NCBI GenBank assembly: GCA_965277805.1
Contig: OZ255842.1
Span: forward strand, 2,176,001 to 2,240,000
Source of the DNA: Candidatus Lustribacter sp.
GTDB lineage: Bacteria > Vulcanimicrobiota > Vulcanimicrobiia > Vulcanimicrobiales > Vulcanimicrobiaceae
Direction: 5' to 3'
Length of the DNA stretch: 64,000 nt
This document shows positions 36,741 through 45,902 of the stretch, one piece after another. The translations under genes and the position numbers were made by a program. Numbering within the stretch: the first letter of the stretch is position 1; each line of letters starts with the position of its first letter. Under the pieces are notes generated by a model. It searched no databases. It saw only the letters and a list, made by a program, of their open reading frames with translations, and was not told the origin of the DNA.

Positions 36741-37802
36741 ATGAATCATCACCTTACGCGCCGCGCGAGCCTCGCTGCAATAGGCGCGCTCGTCGCAACC
36801 GGAACCCGCGCATTTGGCGCCGAGGCGACGCCGCCCGTCATCCGCCTCGGCGGGGTCGGCTACGGTTACGGCAAGCCGTTTGGAGAGCACGCCATCGCCG
36901 TCGCGCAAGCCCAACGCTTCGTCGAAGCCGAGACGAAGTTTGCCGTGCGCGTCGAGTATACGTATTTCGACCACACCGGACCGGCCATCAACGAAGCGCT
37001 TGCAGCCGGCCAGCTCGACTTCGCAAGTTATGGCGAACTGCCGCAAATCATCGGCAAGGCGAACGGGCTCCAAACGCGGATCGTCGCCAACGGCGGCATC
37101 AGCAACATCTATGTGGGCGTTCGCAACGGCGTCAAGGCGAACACGATCGCCGATCTCAAAGGACTGCGCGTCACGCTCCAGCGCGGGACCATCTTACATC
37201 AAGCCTTGGATCGGCTGCTCGCCGAAGCCGGCTTGTCCGAAAAAGACATTCAACTCTACGACCTGCCCACGGCCGACCAGTTGACGGCGCTCAGCAGCGG
37301 CCAGGCCGACGCGAGCGTGGGGACCGCATCGCTCCTCACGCTGCGCGATCAGGGCCTGGTGCGCGTCATCTACTCGACGGCAGGCAAGACCACGCCGGAC
37401 GGCATCAACGCCGTTGCCGTCACTGAAGACTTCTCGAGCAAATATCCGGGCGCGACCGGCGCCGTCGTGCGCGCGTTCGTGAAGGCGGCGAATTGGACGG
37501 CCCAGCCGCACAATCGCGACGCCGTGCTGGATATCTGGGCTAAGTCGGGCCCGCCGCGTAAGGTCATCGCCGAAGATCTGGCGGGCCCGCTCAAAGACAC
37601 GGACATTCCGCTCATCGACGAATTGTTCGTGGCCGGTCTCAAAGTCGGCATCGACTTCTCCGTTCGCAACAAGTTGATCCGGCAGGCCTTCGACGTCGAT
37701 GCTTGGATCGACCGGCGCTACGTTGATGCCGCGCTTCGCGATCTCAATCTGGTGAGCTACTGGCAACCGCGCCACGCCCCGCCGTCGCTCGCCAAAGACT
37801 AA
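36741..37802 (+). CDS. Sulfonate ABC solute-binding protein (SsuA/AsfC-like, Tat)
   Basis: LTRRASL signal; GPAINEALAAGQLDFASYGELP, ADLKG motifs. Confidence 0.88.
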   Translation: MNHHLTRRASLAAIGALVATGTRAFGAEATPPVIRLGGVGYGYGKPFGEHAIAVAQAQRFVEAETKFAVRVEYTYFDHTGPAINEALAAGQLDFASYGELPQIIGKANGLQTRIVANGGISNIYVGVRNGVKANTIADLKGLRVTLQRGTILHQALDRLLAEAGLSEKDIQLYDLPTADQLTALSSGQADASVGTASLLTLRDQGLVRVIYSTAGKTTPDGINAVAVTEDFSSKYPGATGAVVRAFVKAANWTAQPHNRDAVLDIWAKSGPPRKVIAEDLAGPLKDTDIPLIDELFVAGLKVGIDFSVRNKLIRQAFDVDAWIDRRYVDAALRDLNLVSYWQPRHAPPSLAKD

Positions 37803-37807
37803 GCCCG

Positions 37808-38647
37808 ATGATACGCGCGATCCCGTTCGTCGACATTGCGAACGCACCGGCCCTCGGACGGCCTGCGCGCGCCGCCGCGCAGCGCGGGCGAAGCCGGTGG
37901 CGCTCGGCCGCTCTCGGCGCGATCGTACCGCTTGCGATACTTGCGCTGTGGTCGCTCACGGTTGCATTGCACGCGATGCGATCGCAAATTTTGCCGAGCC
38001 CGCCGGCGGTGTTGGCCGCAGCAGCCGATTTGCTCCGCAGCGGCGATCTCGCCGCAGCACTCGGCGTGAGCCTCGGACGGGTCGCTCTCGGCCTCGCGAT
38101 CGGAAGCGCCTTCGGCCTCGTTGCGGGCGCTGCGCTTGGGCGCTCGCCGGCGCTCGACGCCTACTTCGGCCCGGCTCTGCGCGCGATCTGCCAGATTCCG
38201 ACGATCGCGTGGCTGCCGGTGTTCATGCTGATCTTCGGTATCGGCGAAGAACTCAAAGTCGCGATCATCGCGAAGGCTGCCTTCCTACCGATGCTGCTCA
38301 ATGCGTTCGCAGGCGTGCGCACCGCGCCGGCGCGCTACCACGAAGTCGCGAACGTGCTGGAATTCAGCCCGCTGCAGCGACTGCGTTTCGTGACGATTCC
38401 ATCCGCGCTGCCGATGATCGTCTCGGGTTTACGCCTGGCATTGAGCAACGCGTGGCACGTGCTCATCGTCGTTGAGATGCTTGCATCCGCATCCGGCATC
38501 GGCCATCTCATGGCGTGGAGCCGCACGCTTTTCCAACTCGACGTCGTTTTCGTCACCGTGGTCGCGATCGGTGCGACCGGGTGGCTCATGGATACCGCGA
38601 TGCGAGCGGCCGAACGCCGTTTGAGCCCCTGGAGCACGTCCGCATGA
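37808..38647 (+). CDS. Sulfonate ABC permease (SsuC-like)
   Basis: ILPSP, IPSALPMIVSGLRLA, SGIGHL motifs. Confidence 0.88.
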   Translation: MIRAIPFVDIANAPALGRPARAAAQRGRSRWRSAALGAIVPLAILALWSLTVALHAMRSQILPSPPAVLAAAADLLRSGDLAAALGVSLGRVALGLAIGSAFGLVAGAALGRSPALDAYFGPALRAICQIPTIAWLPVFMLIFGIGEELKVAIIAKAAFLPMLLNAFAGVRTAPARYHEVANVLEFSPLQRLRFVTIPSALPMIVSGLRLALSNAWHVLIVVEMLASASGIGHLMAWSRTLFQLDVVFVTVVAIGATGWLMDTAMRAAERRLSPWSTSA

Positions 38648-39429
38648 CGCGGCCGCTCGCTCGCCGTCGCATCGATCTTCGCGGCGCCGTCGTTCCTCTG
38701 GTGCTCGCAGTGGGCTGGATCGTCGCCTCGGTGTCGGGCCACTGGGATCCGCACATGCTCGTCCCGCCCGGTCAGCTCGCGCGCGGCTTTATCGCGACGG
38801 CGCAAAACGGCGAGTTTTGGACTGCGGCGGGTGCGAGTCTGCTCCGTCTCGTGACCGGTTGGCTGGCGGGATCGGTCGCCGGCGTTGCGCTCGGCCTCAT
38901 CGCCGGCTGCTCCGCGCCGGCTGAGCAAATAATCGCGCCATCACTCAACGCCGTGCGTCAAGTCGCGCTGTTCGCGTGGATTCCATTGCTCACCGCGTGG
39001 TTCGGCGACGGCAACTCGGCCGAAGTGTTCTTGATCGCGCTCGCGGCGTTTTTTCCGGCCGCACTCAACACCGAAACCGGCTGCCGCAACGCTCCGATCG
39101 CCTTACGCGAAGTGGGCCGCGTCTTGGAATTCGGCCCGCGGGAAATACTTCGCCGCATCATCATTCCGTCAGCCATGCCCTCGATCGCCTCGGGATTGCA
39201 GATCGCCCTGACGTCCGCCTGGATCGGCACGATCGGCGCCGAGTATCTCATCGACCAAGGCAACGGCCTTGGCGTGTTTCTTTCTTCTGCCCGAATGGAT
39301 AATCGCATGGACGTCGTCCTCTTCTGCATCGTTGCCTTAGGCTGCATCGGGTACGGCCTGAGCACCGCGCTCCGTCTCGCCTTTGCGTCCGCTGCGCCGG
39401 CAACGGCACTGGCAGCCCTCGATGACTGA
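38644..39429 (+). CDS. Sulfonate ABC permease (SsuC-like), second
   Basis: RQVALFAWIPLL, IIPSAMPSIASGL; ATGA start. Confidence 0.88.
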   Translation: MTRPLARRRIDLRGAVVPLVLAVGWIVASVSGHWDPHMLVPPGQLARGFIATAQNGEFWTAAGASLLRLVTGWLAGSVAGVALGLIAGCSAPAEQIIAPSLNAVRQVALFAWIPLLTAWFGDGNSAEVFLIALAAFFPAALNTETGCRNAPIALREVGRVLEFGPREILRRIIIPSAMPSIASGLQIALTSAWIGTIGAEYLIDQGNGLGVFLSSARMDNRMDVVLFCIVALGCIGYGLSTALRLAFASAAPATALAALDD

Positions 39430-40183
39430 GCGCGGCCGCCTCGACATTCTCAATGTCGACAAGTCGTTCTACGTCGATGGTGCGGAGGTACGGGCATTGG
39501 CCGGCGTTTCGCTCACGGTGAACGCCGGTGAATTCGTCACCATCGTCGGCCCGAGCGGTTGCGGCAAGTCAACGCTGCTGCGACTGGTGGCCGGTCTCGA
39601 CCGCGCCGGCAACGGCACGGTTTCGTTCGACGGTGAGCCCGTCGTCGAACCGAGCCTGCGCCGCGGCGTCGTCTTTCAAGACCACCGCCTCTTCCCATGG
39701 CTGAACGTCGAAGCCAACGTCGCCACCGGCCTGCTCAAAGCCGGCGGATTCGACGCCGAAAAACGCACAACCGCTTCGCGGCTCATCGCGCTCGTGGGCT
39801 TGAGCGGTTTCGAAAAAGCGTTTCCGCATCAGCTCTCGGGCGGCATGGCACAGCGCGCGGCGATCGCGCGCAGCCTCGCCGCGAAACCCGACATTCTGCT
39901 CCTCGACGAACCCCTCGGTGCGCTGGATTCGCTCACGCGCGGCCGCATGCAGGCCGAGCTGCTGCGCGTCTGGCAGCACGAGAAGACGACGATGCTCATG
40001 GTGACGCACGACGTGGGCGAGGCTGTCTATCTCTCCGATCGCATCGTCGTGATGGATCGCGATCCGGGCCGAATCCGCGAAATTATCGAGGTCCCGTTCC
40101 CCAAACCCCGCACCCGCCTCGACCCCGCCGTCGCCGCCTTCACCGAACGCATCATCGCCCGCCTAGAAACGGCGCCGGCATGA
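39422..40183 (+). CDS. Sulfonate ABC ATP-binding protein (SsuB-like)
   Basis: GPSGCGKS, LSGGMAQR, LLLDEPLGALD. Confidence 0.92.
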   Translation: MTERGRLDILNVDKSFYVDGAEVRALAGVSLTVNAGEFVTIVGPSGCGKSTLLRLVAGLDRAGNGTVSFDGEPVVEPSLRRGVVFQDHRLFPWLNVEANVATGLLKAGGFDAEKRTTASRLIALVGLSGFEKAFPHQLSGGMAQRAAIARSLAAKPDILLLDEPLGALDSLTRGRMQAELLRVWQHEKTTMLMVTHDVGEAVYLSDRIVVMDRDPGRIREIIEVPFPKPRTRLDPAVAAFTERIIARLETAPA

Positions 40184-40213
40184 TTGGAGCGCATGGAGCT
40201 ACCCACCCCCCGA

Positions 40214-40244
40214 TGTCATCCCGAGCTTGTCGAGGGACCGCCAC
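40214..40244 (+). repeat. REP-like palindrome, short form, between convergent genes
   Basis: TGTCATCCCGAGCTTGTCGAGGGACCGCCAC. Confidence 0.88.
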
Positions 40245-40249
40245 AATCT

Positions 40250-41845
40250 CTAGTATCCGAGCGCAATCCCATCCTTACGCGGATCGCTGCCACCAACGAG
40301 CACCCCACGCTCGCGATCGATAAAGATCGCCTGCCCACCCCCATGCGGCGGATCAACCTCAACCACATGATGCCCGCGCGCCGCTAACCCCTCGCGCGTT
40401 TTCACCGGAATGCCGCGCTCGACATACACATCGCCGAACATCGGCATCACGCGCGGGAGATCCAGCGCCGCCTGCACATCCAGCCCGTGATCGAACATGT
40501 TGGTCAACAGCAAACTCTGCCCGACCGGCTGAAAATGCCCGCCCATCACACCGAAGGGCATCACGGCTTGTCCACCGTGCGTCAGCATTCCCGGGATGAT
40601 CGTATGCATCGGCCGTTTTCCCGGCGCGAGCGCATTCGGATGCCCACGCCGAAGCTCGAACGACTGCCCGCGATTGTGTAACAGCACGCCGCTGCGCTCG
40701 GCATAAATCGTCGAGCCGAAACTCTCGAAGAGCGAGTTGATGAAACTGCATGCGTTCCCGGCTTCATCAACCACCGTGAGATACACCGTATCGCGATGCA
40801 CCGGCAGCCGCGACTCGCCCGGCTCCGGCAACTCCGCCAGCGCCCGATCGTCATCGATCAGCCCGCGCAGCGCACTGAGATACTCGCTCGACAACAGCCG
40901 GTCTACCGGGACCTCAACTGCCGTCGGATCGGCCAGAAACGCATCGCGATCGCGGAACGCCAACCGCGCAGCTTCAATATGACGATGCAGTCGCAGCGCT
41001 CCGAGCGGCCCATCCGCCTTTCCTAGCCCATCTAAGATTCCGAGAATCATCAACGCAATGAGTCCTGAACCGTTCGGCGGGCACTCCCAAACCTCAAAAC
41101 CCTTCCACGCCAACCGAATCGGATCGACAAACTCGGCACCCGTCATACCTGCTGCAAAATCGTCCTCGGTGTGCACGCCGCCGCGGGCCCGGAGCGTCCG
41201 CACGATATCCGCCGCGACCTCGCCGCGATAGAATGCCTCAGCACCGTTCGCCGCAATCGCGCGCAGCGTTTGCGCAAGCGCCGGATTGGACATGCGATCC
41301 CCCGCGCGCGGCGCCTGACCGCGCGGCAGATACGCCGCAAGTCCGGCGCTCCGAAGCCGCGCCGCGCTGAGCCGCCAATCGTAGGCCAGGCGCGGCTGCA
41401 CCACATAGCCTTCGACGGCAAACGCAATCGCCGGCCGCAGTAGCTCATCGAGCCCGCGGCTCCCGAAGCGCGCGCTCAGCGTTACCCACGCCGATATCGC
41501 ACCGGGAATCGTGACCGAGTCCGGGCCGTTCGGGTCGATGAACTGATCGCCGCGTGCTCGAATCGCGTCGAGGTCGATCGCGGCCGGCGCGCGTCCCGAC
41601 CCGTTCAACGCATACACGCGCCCACTGCCCGCCGGCGCGTAGAGACAAAACACGTCCCCGCCGATGCCGGTCGACTGCGGCTCGACTACCGCCAGCACCG
41701 CCGCCGCCGTAATCGCCGCATCCATTGCGTTTCCGCCGCATCGCAACATGTCGACCGCTGCCGACGTTGCTTGCGGCATCGAGGTCGCCGCCATGCCGTG
41801 GTCCGCGTACATCGGGCCCCGGCCGGGCGCATGAAAATCGCGCAT
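40250..41845 (-). CDS. ggt: Gamma-glutamyltransferase family protein
   Basis: GGNAMDAA, STGIGGD, DTVYLTVVD nucleophile Thr, KRPMHTIIP, GSDPRKDG. Confidence 0.9.
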   Translation of the reverse strand: MRDFHAPGRGPMYADHGMAATSMPQATSAAVDMLRCGGNAMDAAITAAAVLAVVEPQSTGIGGDVFCLYAPAGSGRVYALNGSGRAPAAIDLDAIRARGDQFIDPNGPDSVTIPGAISAWVTLSARFGSRGLDELLRPAIAFAVEGYVVQPRLAYDWRLSAARLRSAGLAAYLPRGQAPRAGDRMSNPALAQTLRAIAANGAEAFYRGEVAADIVRTLRARGGVHTEDDFAAGMTGAEFVDPIRLAWKGFEVWECPPNGSGLIALMILGILDGLGKADGPLGALRLHRHIEAARLAFRDRDAFLADPTAVEVPVDRLLSSEYLSALRGLIDDDRALAELPEPGESRLPVHRDTVYLTVVDEAGNACSFINSLFESFGSTIYAERSGVLLHNRGQSFELRRGHPNALAPGKRPMHTIIPGMLTHGGQAVMPFGVMGGHFQPVGQSLLLTNMFDHGLDVQAALDLPRVMPMFGDVYVERGIPVKTREGLAARGHHVVEVDPPHGGGQAIFIDRERGVLVGGSDPRKDGIALGY

Positions 41846-41848
41846 CGC

Positions 41849-42802
41849 TTACCTGACGAGCGCCGTCTTACTGATCATCGATCGCGCATCGATGTGACTC
41901 GAAAGCGATTTCTGCGCGGTCGCCGCATCGAGAAACGGCTGCATCATCCGTACATCGAACACGTCGCCGTACGCGGCACGCCGCATGCCGGCAACGGTGT
42001 CGAGCGGGATGCCCGCATACTGCGCGAGGATCGCGCCGGACTTCGGCCAGTTCGACTGCGTATTTGCCCACAGTGCGGCCTCGTGCATCGCGGCGACGAA
42101 CTGCGCGGCCAGTGCCGGATGATCGGCGATCCAGTCTTCGGTCGCAAACCACGCGGTGAGCTCGACCTCTTTGCCGACCGCGCTATACGGATACCCGATG
42201 ATGCGATTGTCCGCCAGCGAAGGCGTGAGGCTCGGTTCGTTGATCGTTGCCGCGGCGACCGTGCCGCGTCCGACCGCTGCCGCCATACTCGGTTGCGGCA
42301 GCTCGATGAACTTCACCGAATCCGGATCGGCCCCGTTGTCGCGCAGCCACTTGTAGGTCGCCACTTTCGCCGGCCCCGCGATCGAAGGCTCGCCGATCGT
42401 CTTGCCGTTGAGATCCTTGGCCGTTTTGATCGTCGACGACTTCGCGGCGATCAACGCAGTCGCCGGCGCGGCAGCGCGATACAGGTACGACGGCGCAATG
42501 AGGGTGAGTGGAACGCCGTGCAGCCGCGCCTCAGCGATGTCGATCACGCCGCCCTCACCGATGTCGACCGATTTCCCGGTAACCGCCGCGGCGATTGCGG
42601 GTCCGCTGCCGTGCACGGCGATGAACTTCGCCTCGATGCCGTGTTTCTTGAGGAAGCCCATGTCTTCGGCGAAGTACGCCAGGGCATTGGAATCCTGGCC
42701 GGGCGTCGCGATGTTGATGACGGTGAGCGGTGGCGGAGATTGCGCTGCGCCCACACTCATCGAACCGAGCACGGCCAGCAGTGCAAATGCTATCGCCTTC
42801 AC
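41849..42802 (-). CDS. NitT/TauT solute-binding protein, orphan
   Basis: Signal peptide; GFLKKHGI, AKDLNGKT. Confidence 0.88.
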   Translation of the reverse strand: MKAIAFALLAVLGSMSVGAAQSPPPLTVINIATPGQDSNALAYFAEDMGFLKKHGIEAKFIAVHGSGPAIAAAVTGKSVDIGEGGVIDIAEARLHGVPLTLIAPSYLYRAAAPATALIAAKSSTIKTAKDLNGKTIGEPSIAGPAKVATYKWLRDNGADPDSVKFIELPQPSMAAAVGRGTVAAATINEPSLTPSLADNRIIGYPYSAVGKEVELTAWFATEDWIADHPALAAQFVAAMHEAALWANTQSNWPKSGAILAQYAGIPLDTVAGMRRAAYGDVFDVRMMQPFLDAATAQKSLSSHIDARSMISKTALVR

Positions 42803-43875
42803 TCGACCAAGACTCCTCGGCGCAGTGCCGGAATGACGCGTTCGCCGAACAGCTTCACCGATGAGATGTACAGCTCGCGGGGCATCGCATCGAATTGGTG
42901 GTTGACGAGCAGCAGGTCGTAGCCTACGCGTTCATGCTGCGCGCGGATGGCGTCCGCAACCGTTTCCGGGCTGCCGAGGAACGCCAAGCCCTCGTCGAGC
43001 CAAAAGTCGACCGACTGCGCGGTCTCGTAGTAGATGCGCGCGAGTTCGCGCGTATCGGGCGTGATGTCACCGAGCATGTTTTTGGCCCGGTTCACGGCAT
43101 CCGGCCCTTGGATGCCGCGCAACATATATTGCTCCGCCTGCTTATGCGCTAACGCATCGGTCTCTGCAACGTGCACGTGGCGCACGAGTGCCGCGCGGCG
43201 GCGCGGACCGGGATGCGCGTACTTCGCGAGCTCCTTGCGCCAGTGGGCGAACTTTTCAGCAGCGATCGTTTCCGCTTCGAAGATCTGGCCGACGTTGAAA
43301 TTCATCTTCGCCGCGTATTCATACGAGCCGATGCTGTGCGCGCCCATCCAAACCGGGGGATGCGGTTGCTGGTAGGGATGCGGCTGCGGCGTCGCACCCG
43401 TGAACGTGTAGTATTCGCCCGCGTGATTGACGATACGATCGGTCCACGCTTTGAGCAACACGTCGATCGCCTCGTAGCCGTGCGCACGGCGATCTTTGAA
43501 GTCAACGTTCCACGGTTCGAACTCCCGGCTGCGCGTTCCGAAACCGAGCCCGACGTCGAGACGGCCCTGCGAGAGGTGATCGACGGTCGCCGTGTCCTGC
43601 GCGAGCCGGATCGGATGGTGCAGCGGCACCTGAAAGATCATCGTGCCGATGCGAATCGTCGTCGTCGCGAGCGCGAGCGCCGCGAGATACGGCGCGGGGG
43701 CGGTGATGCACGGAAATCCCGGGTTCTGATGCTCGATGAAGAAAAATGACTGATAGCCGCAGCGCTCGGCGAGTTGCGCATCATCGAGATGCTGCCGGTA
43801 AGCTGCGGCGGTCTCAACCGGCGAGGTGTCCGGGATGGCGGTCGTGTCGAAAAGGCCGAATTCAAGTTCGTTCAT
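42799..43875 (-). CDS. LLM-class flavin-dependent monooxygenase
   Basis: EFGLFD, EHQ, HPIRLAQDTATVDHLSQGR, PYQQPHPPVW. Confidence 0.9.
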   Translation of the reverse strand: MNELEFGLFDTTAIPDTSPVETAAAYRQHLDDAQLAERCGYQSFFFIEHQNPGFPCITAPAPYLAALALATTTIRIGTMIFQVPLHHPIRLAQDTATVDHLSQGRLDVGLGFGTRSREFEPWNVDFKDRRAHGYEAIDVLLKAWTDRIVNHAGEYYTFTGATPQPHPYQQPHPPVWMGAHSIGSYEYAAKMNFNVGQIFEAETIAAEKFAHWRKELAKYAHPGPRRRAALVRHVHVAETDALAHKQAEQYMLRGIQGPDAVNRAKNMLGDITPDTRELARIYYETAQSVDFWLDEGLAFLGSPETVADAIRAQHERVGYDLLLVNHQFDAMPRELYISSVKLFGERVIPALRRGVLVE

Positions 43876-43967
43876 CGTGGTAACGCCACCAGTGCGACGC
43901 CAAAACCGGAGCACCCTGGGGGTTCGGAGGCGCCTATCGTGAATAGGCTCTCACGGAGGCACCGAGC

Positions 43968-44552
43968 ATGTCTGATACACACGACACCTATCGCGAGCTT
44001 GCGGTCAATAAGTCGGCCGACGAAGTATGGTCTTGGATCTCCAACGTCAACAACGTCATGACGGCGAACCAGTTCCACGTTGGGCTCGACTGCGATGCGG
44101 CCGACGTCCGCGACCCACGTCCAGGTCTCGACGTACCGATCATCCACGAAATCTTCGGCGCGCGGCATATACGGCTGGCCAAGATCACGAAGTACGTCGA
44201 TTACGAAATCGCCTGGGGCGAACGGCTGCCCGATCCCAACGCCCATGACGGCTTCCCCCATAGCGAAGGCTGGAAGGTGGAATCCACGGGTCCAAACTCG
44301 TGCATCATGCGCAACCACCTGCGCGGCCGGCATATGTTTCCGATGGCCGACGTGTTCGGCAAGGAACTCTGGGATCTGCTGATCCCGCCGATCCTCGACA
44401 ACGACCTCCAGGACGTCGCGCACGCAATTGGGGCGATCGACCGCGTGCAGACGGTCCCGGTCCCTCGCCTCGCGAGCTTGCTGCAGCGCCTCTCGCGCGC
44501 CCGTGAGATCAACGGTGTGCCGGCCACCGACTTCTTTACCTCAACCGGTTAG
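43968..44552 (+). CDS. SRPBCC/START-like hypothetical protein
   Basis: ADEVWSWISN N-terminal pattern and C-terminal helix; GGAGG RBS. Confidence 0.6.
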   Translation: MSDTHDTYRELAVNKSADEVWSWISNVNNVMTANQFHVGLDCDAADVRDPRPGLDVPIIHEIFGARHIRLAKITKYVDYEIAWGERLPDPNAHDGFPHSEGWKVESTGPNSCIMRNHLRGRHMFPMADVFGKELWDLLIPPILDNDLQDVAHAIGAIDRVQTVPVPRLASLLQRLSRAREINGVPATDFFTSTG

Positions 44553-44654
44553 CGCGGCCGGATCGATCATCTCCGTGTAGCGGAAGCCGGCGGAGATCGT
44601 CTTGTATTTCAGGGCTGCGTCGATCATGGGCTCGTTGAGATCGGCGCCACGCAT
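44541..44654 (-). pseudogene. Remnant 3' end of a NitT/TauT solute-binding protein gene
   Basis: Own translation MRGADLNEPMIDAALKYKTISAGFRYTEMIDPAALTG* resembles the C termini of paralogs here (QPVIDNSAKYGAISAAFPASEL). Confidence 0.6.
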
Positions 44655-44664
44655 CCGCCGCCAT

Positions 44665-45198
44665 TCAAGAATGAGCGGCGACGGCCCCGCCGATCCTTTG
44701 CCCGGCTTCGTTCGCGGAAGCTTGGCGGCTCAACAACAGCCGGACGGTAATGCCGTGCGTGATCAGCAACAGCGGCACATACAAGATCGGGATCGCGTAC
44801 GTTTGGCTGAAGTTGTCGGGCAGAATCCCGAGCTTGATAACGCGGTAGATATTGTTGATCAAATCCGCCGTGCCGACGAACGTGTACAGCACCGTGAACA
44901 CCATTGCTGCACGTTCCCAGCGAAACGTCACGATCGATGCGATTGCAAGCAGCGATGTCGCGAAATCGCCGTAGGCTGCGGGAACCGCAAATGCTGCCGG
45001 CAGTCCCGCCGGCCCGAGAAACGCCGGCATCAGGAACAGCAATCCCTCAAAGCGGAATGCGTTCAACATCGCGATCTGACGCAGGGCGCGTCGCCGGTCG
45101 ATGCGGGCCAAAACCGGCCACCAAAAGATGCCGACGAAGAGCGCGCAGGCCACGAAGCCTTCGGCGAGGTGGATTCGGAAAATCTCAATCGAGGACAT
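44665..45198 (-). CDS. Hypothetical multi-pass membrane protein
   Basis: Several hydrophobic segments (FAVPAAYGD, IPILYVPLLLITH); GGAGGT RBS; divergent from TetR. Confidence 0.75.
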   Translation of the reverse strand: MSSIEIFRIHLAEGFVACALFVGIFWWPVLARIDRRRALRQIAMLNAFRFEGLLFLMPAFLGPAGLPAAFAVPAAYGDFATSLLAIASIVTFRWERAAMVFTVLYTFVGTADLINNIYRVIKLGILPDNFSQTYAIPILYVPLLLITHGITVRLLLSRQASANEAGQRIGGAVAAHS

Positions 45199-45219
45199 CA
45201 CGTTTTCGTTACCTCCCAA

Positions 45220-45277
45220 ATGGTACCAGTGGGTACCGACAGCAGGAAGTATATGGTACCGCCGGGTACCATGTCAA
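45220..45277. promoter_or_regulatory. Two GGTACC-N4-GGTACC operators overlapping a minus-strand promoter (TetR sites)
   Basis: ATGGTACCAGTGGGTACCGA 45220-39 and ATGGTACCGCCGGGTACCAT 45253-72; minus strand TTGACA 45277-72, 18 nt, TATACT 45253-48. Confidence 0.75.
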
Positions 45278-45278
45278 G

Positions 45279-45902
45279 GTGACCGCAGAGAATCCGCTCC
45301 GGCGGCGCATCCTCGACGCAGCCTTTTCCGCGTTTACGAAAGACGGCTATGCCGCGACGAGCACGCTCGCGATCGCTACGCGTGCGAAGGTCTCGAAGCG
45401 CGATCTGTACACGGTCGCAGGGAGCAAACACGAGCTCCTCATTGCCTGCATCACGGAACGCGCCGCCGCGCTCGCCGCCGTTCCCGAACTTTCGCTGATC
45501 CGGGATCGGGCATCGCTAGAGCACGCCTTGATCGAGCTTGGCGAACGGGTGCTCAGCACAGTGAGTCATCCAAAGGCCATTGCCATGTTCCGGCTCGCGA
45601 TTGCCGAAGCCGAACGCACCCCGGAGATTGCCCAGGCAATCGAATCGATCGCGCGGGAGGCGAGCCGCGCGAGTCTTCGGCAAATCCTCAACGAAGATGT
45701 GGCGCGGTCGTTGCTGGCCGGCGACGTTGCCGAAATGGCCGGGGCGTTCATGGCGCTGCTCTTCGGCAATCTGCAGCTGAGCTGGTTATTGCGTGTCGGC
45801 GATCCACCCAATCCGCGCGAGATCGAGCGCCGTGCGAAGTATGCAACGAAGGCGCTGTTCAAGCTCTACCCGCGCCTAGGGGATCAGCAGCAGCTTGCCT
45901 GA
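45279..45902 (+). CDS. TetR/AcrR family regulator
   Basis: RRRILDAAFSAFTKDGYAATSTLAIATRAKVSKRDLY HTH; GTG 45279 start. Confidence 0.9.
   Translation: MTAENPLRRRILDAAFSAFTKDGYAATSTLAIATRAKVSKRDLYTVAGSKHELLIACITERAAALAAVPELSLIRDRASLEHALIELGERVLSTVSHPKAIAMFRLAIAEAERTPEIAQAIESIAREASRASLRQILNEDVARSLLAGDVAEMAGAFMALLFGNLQLSWLLRVGDPPNPREIERRAKYATKALFKLYPRLGDQQQLA

Noticed and set aside
36356-37426. 356-aa ORF spanning the attenuator region
   Set aside because: Arg-rich shadow frame overlapping the real SBP, with no recognisable motifs
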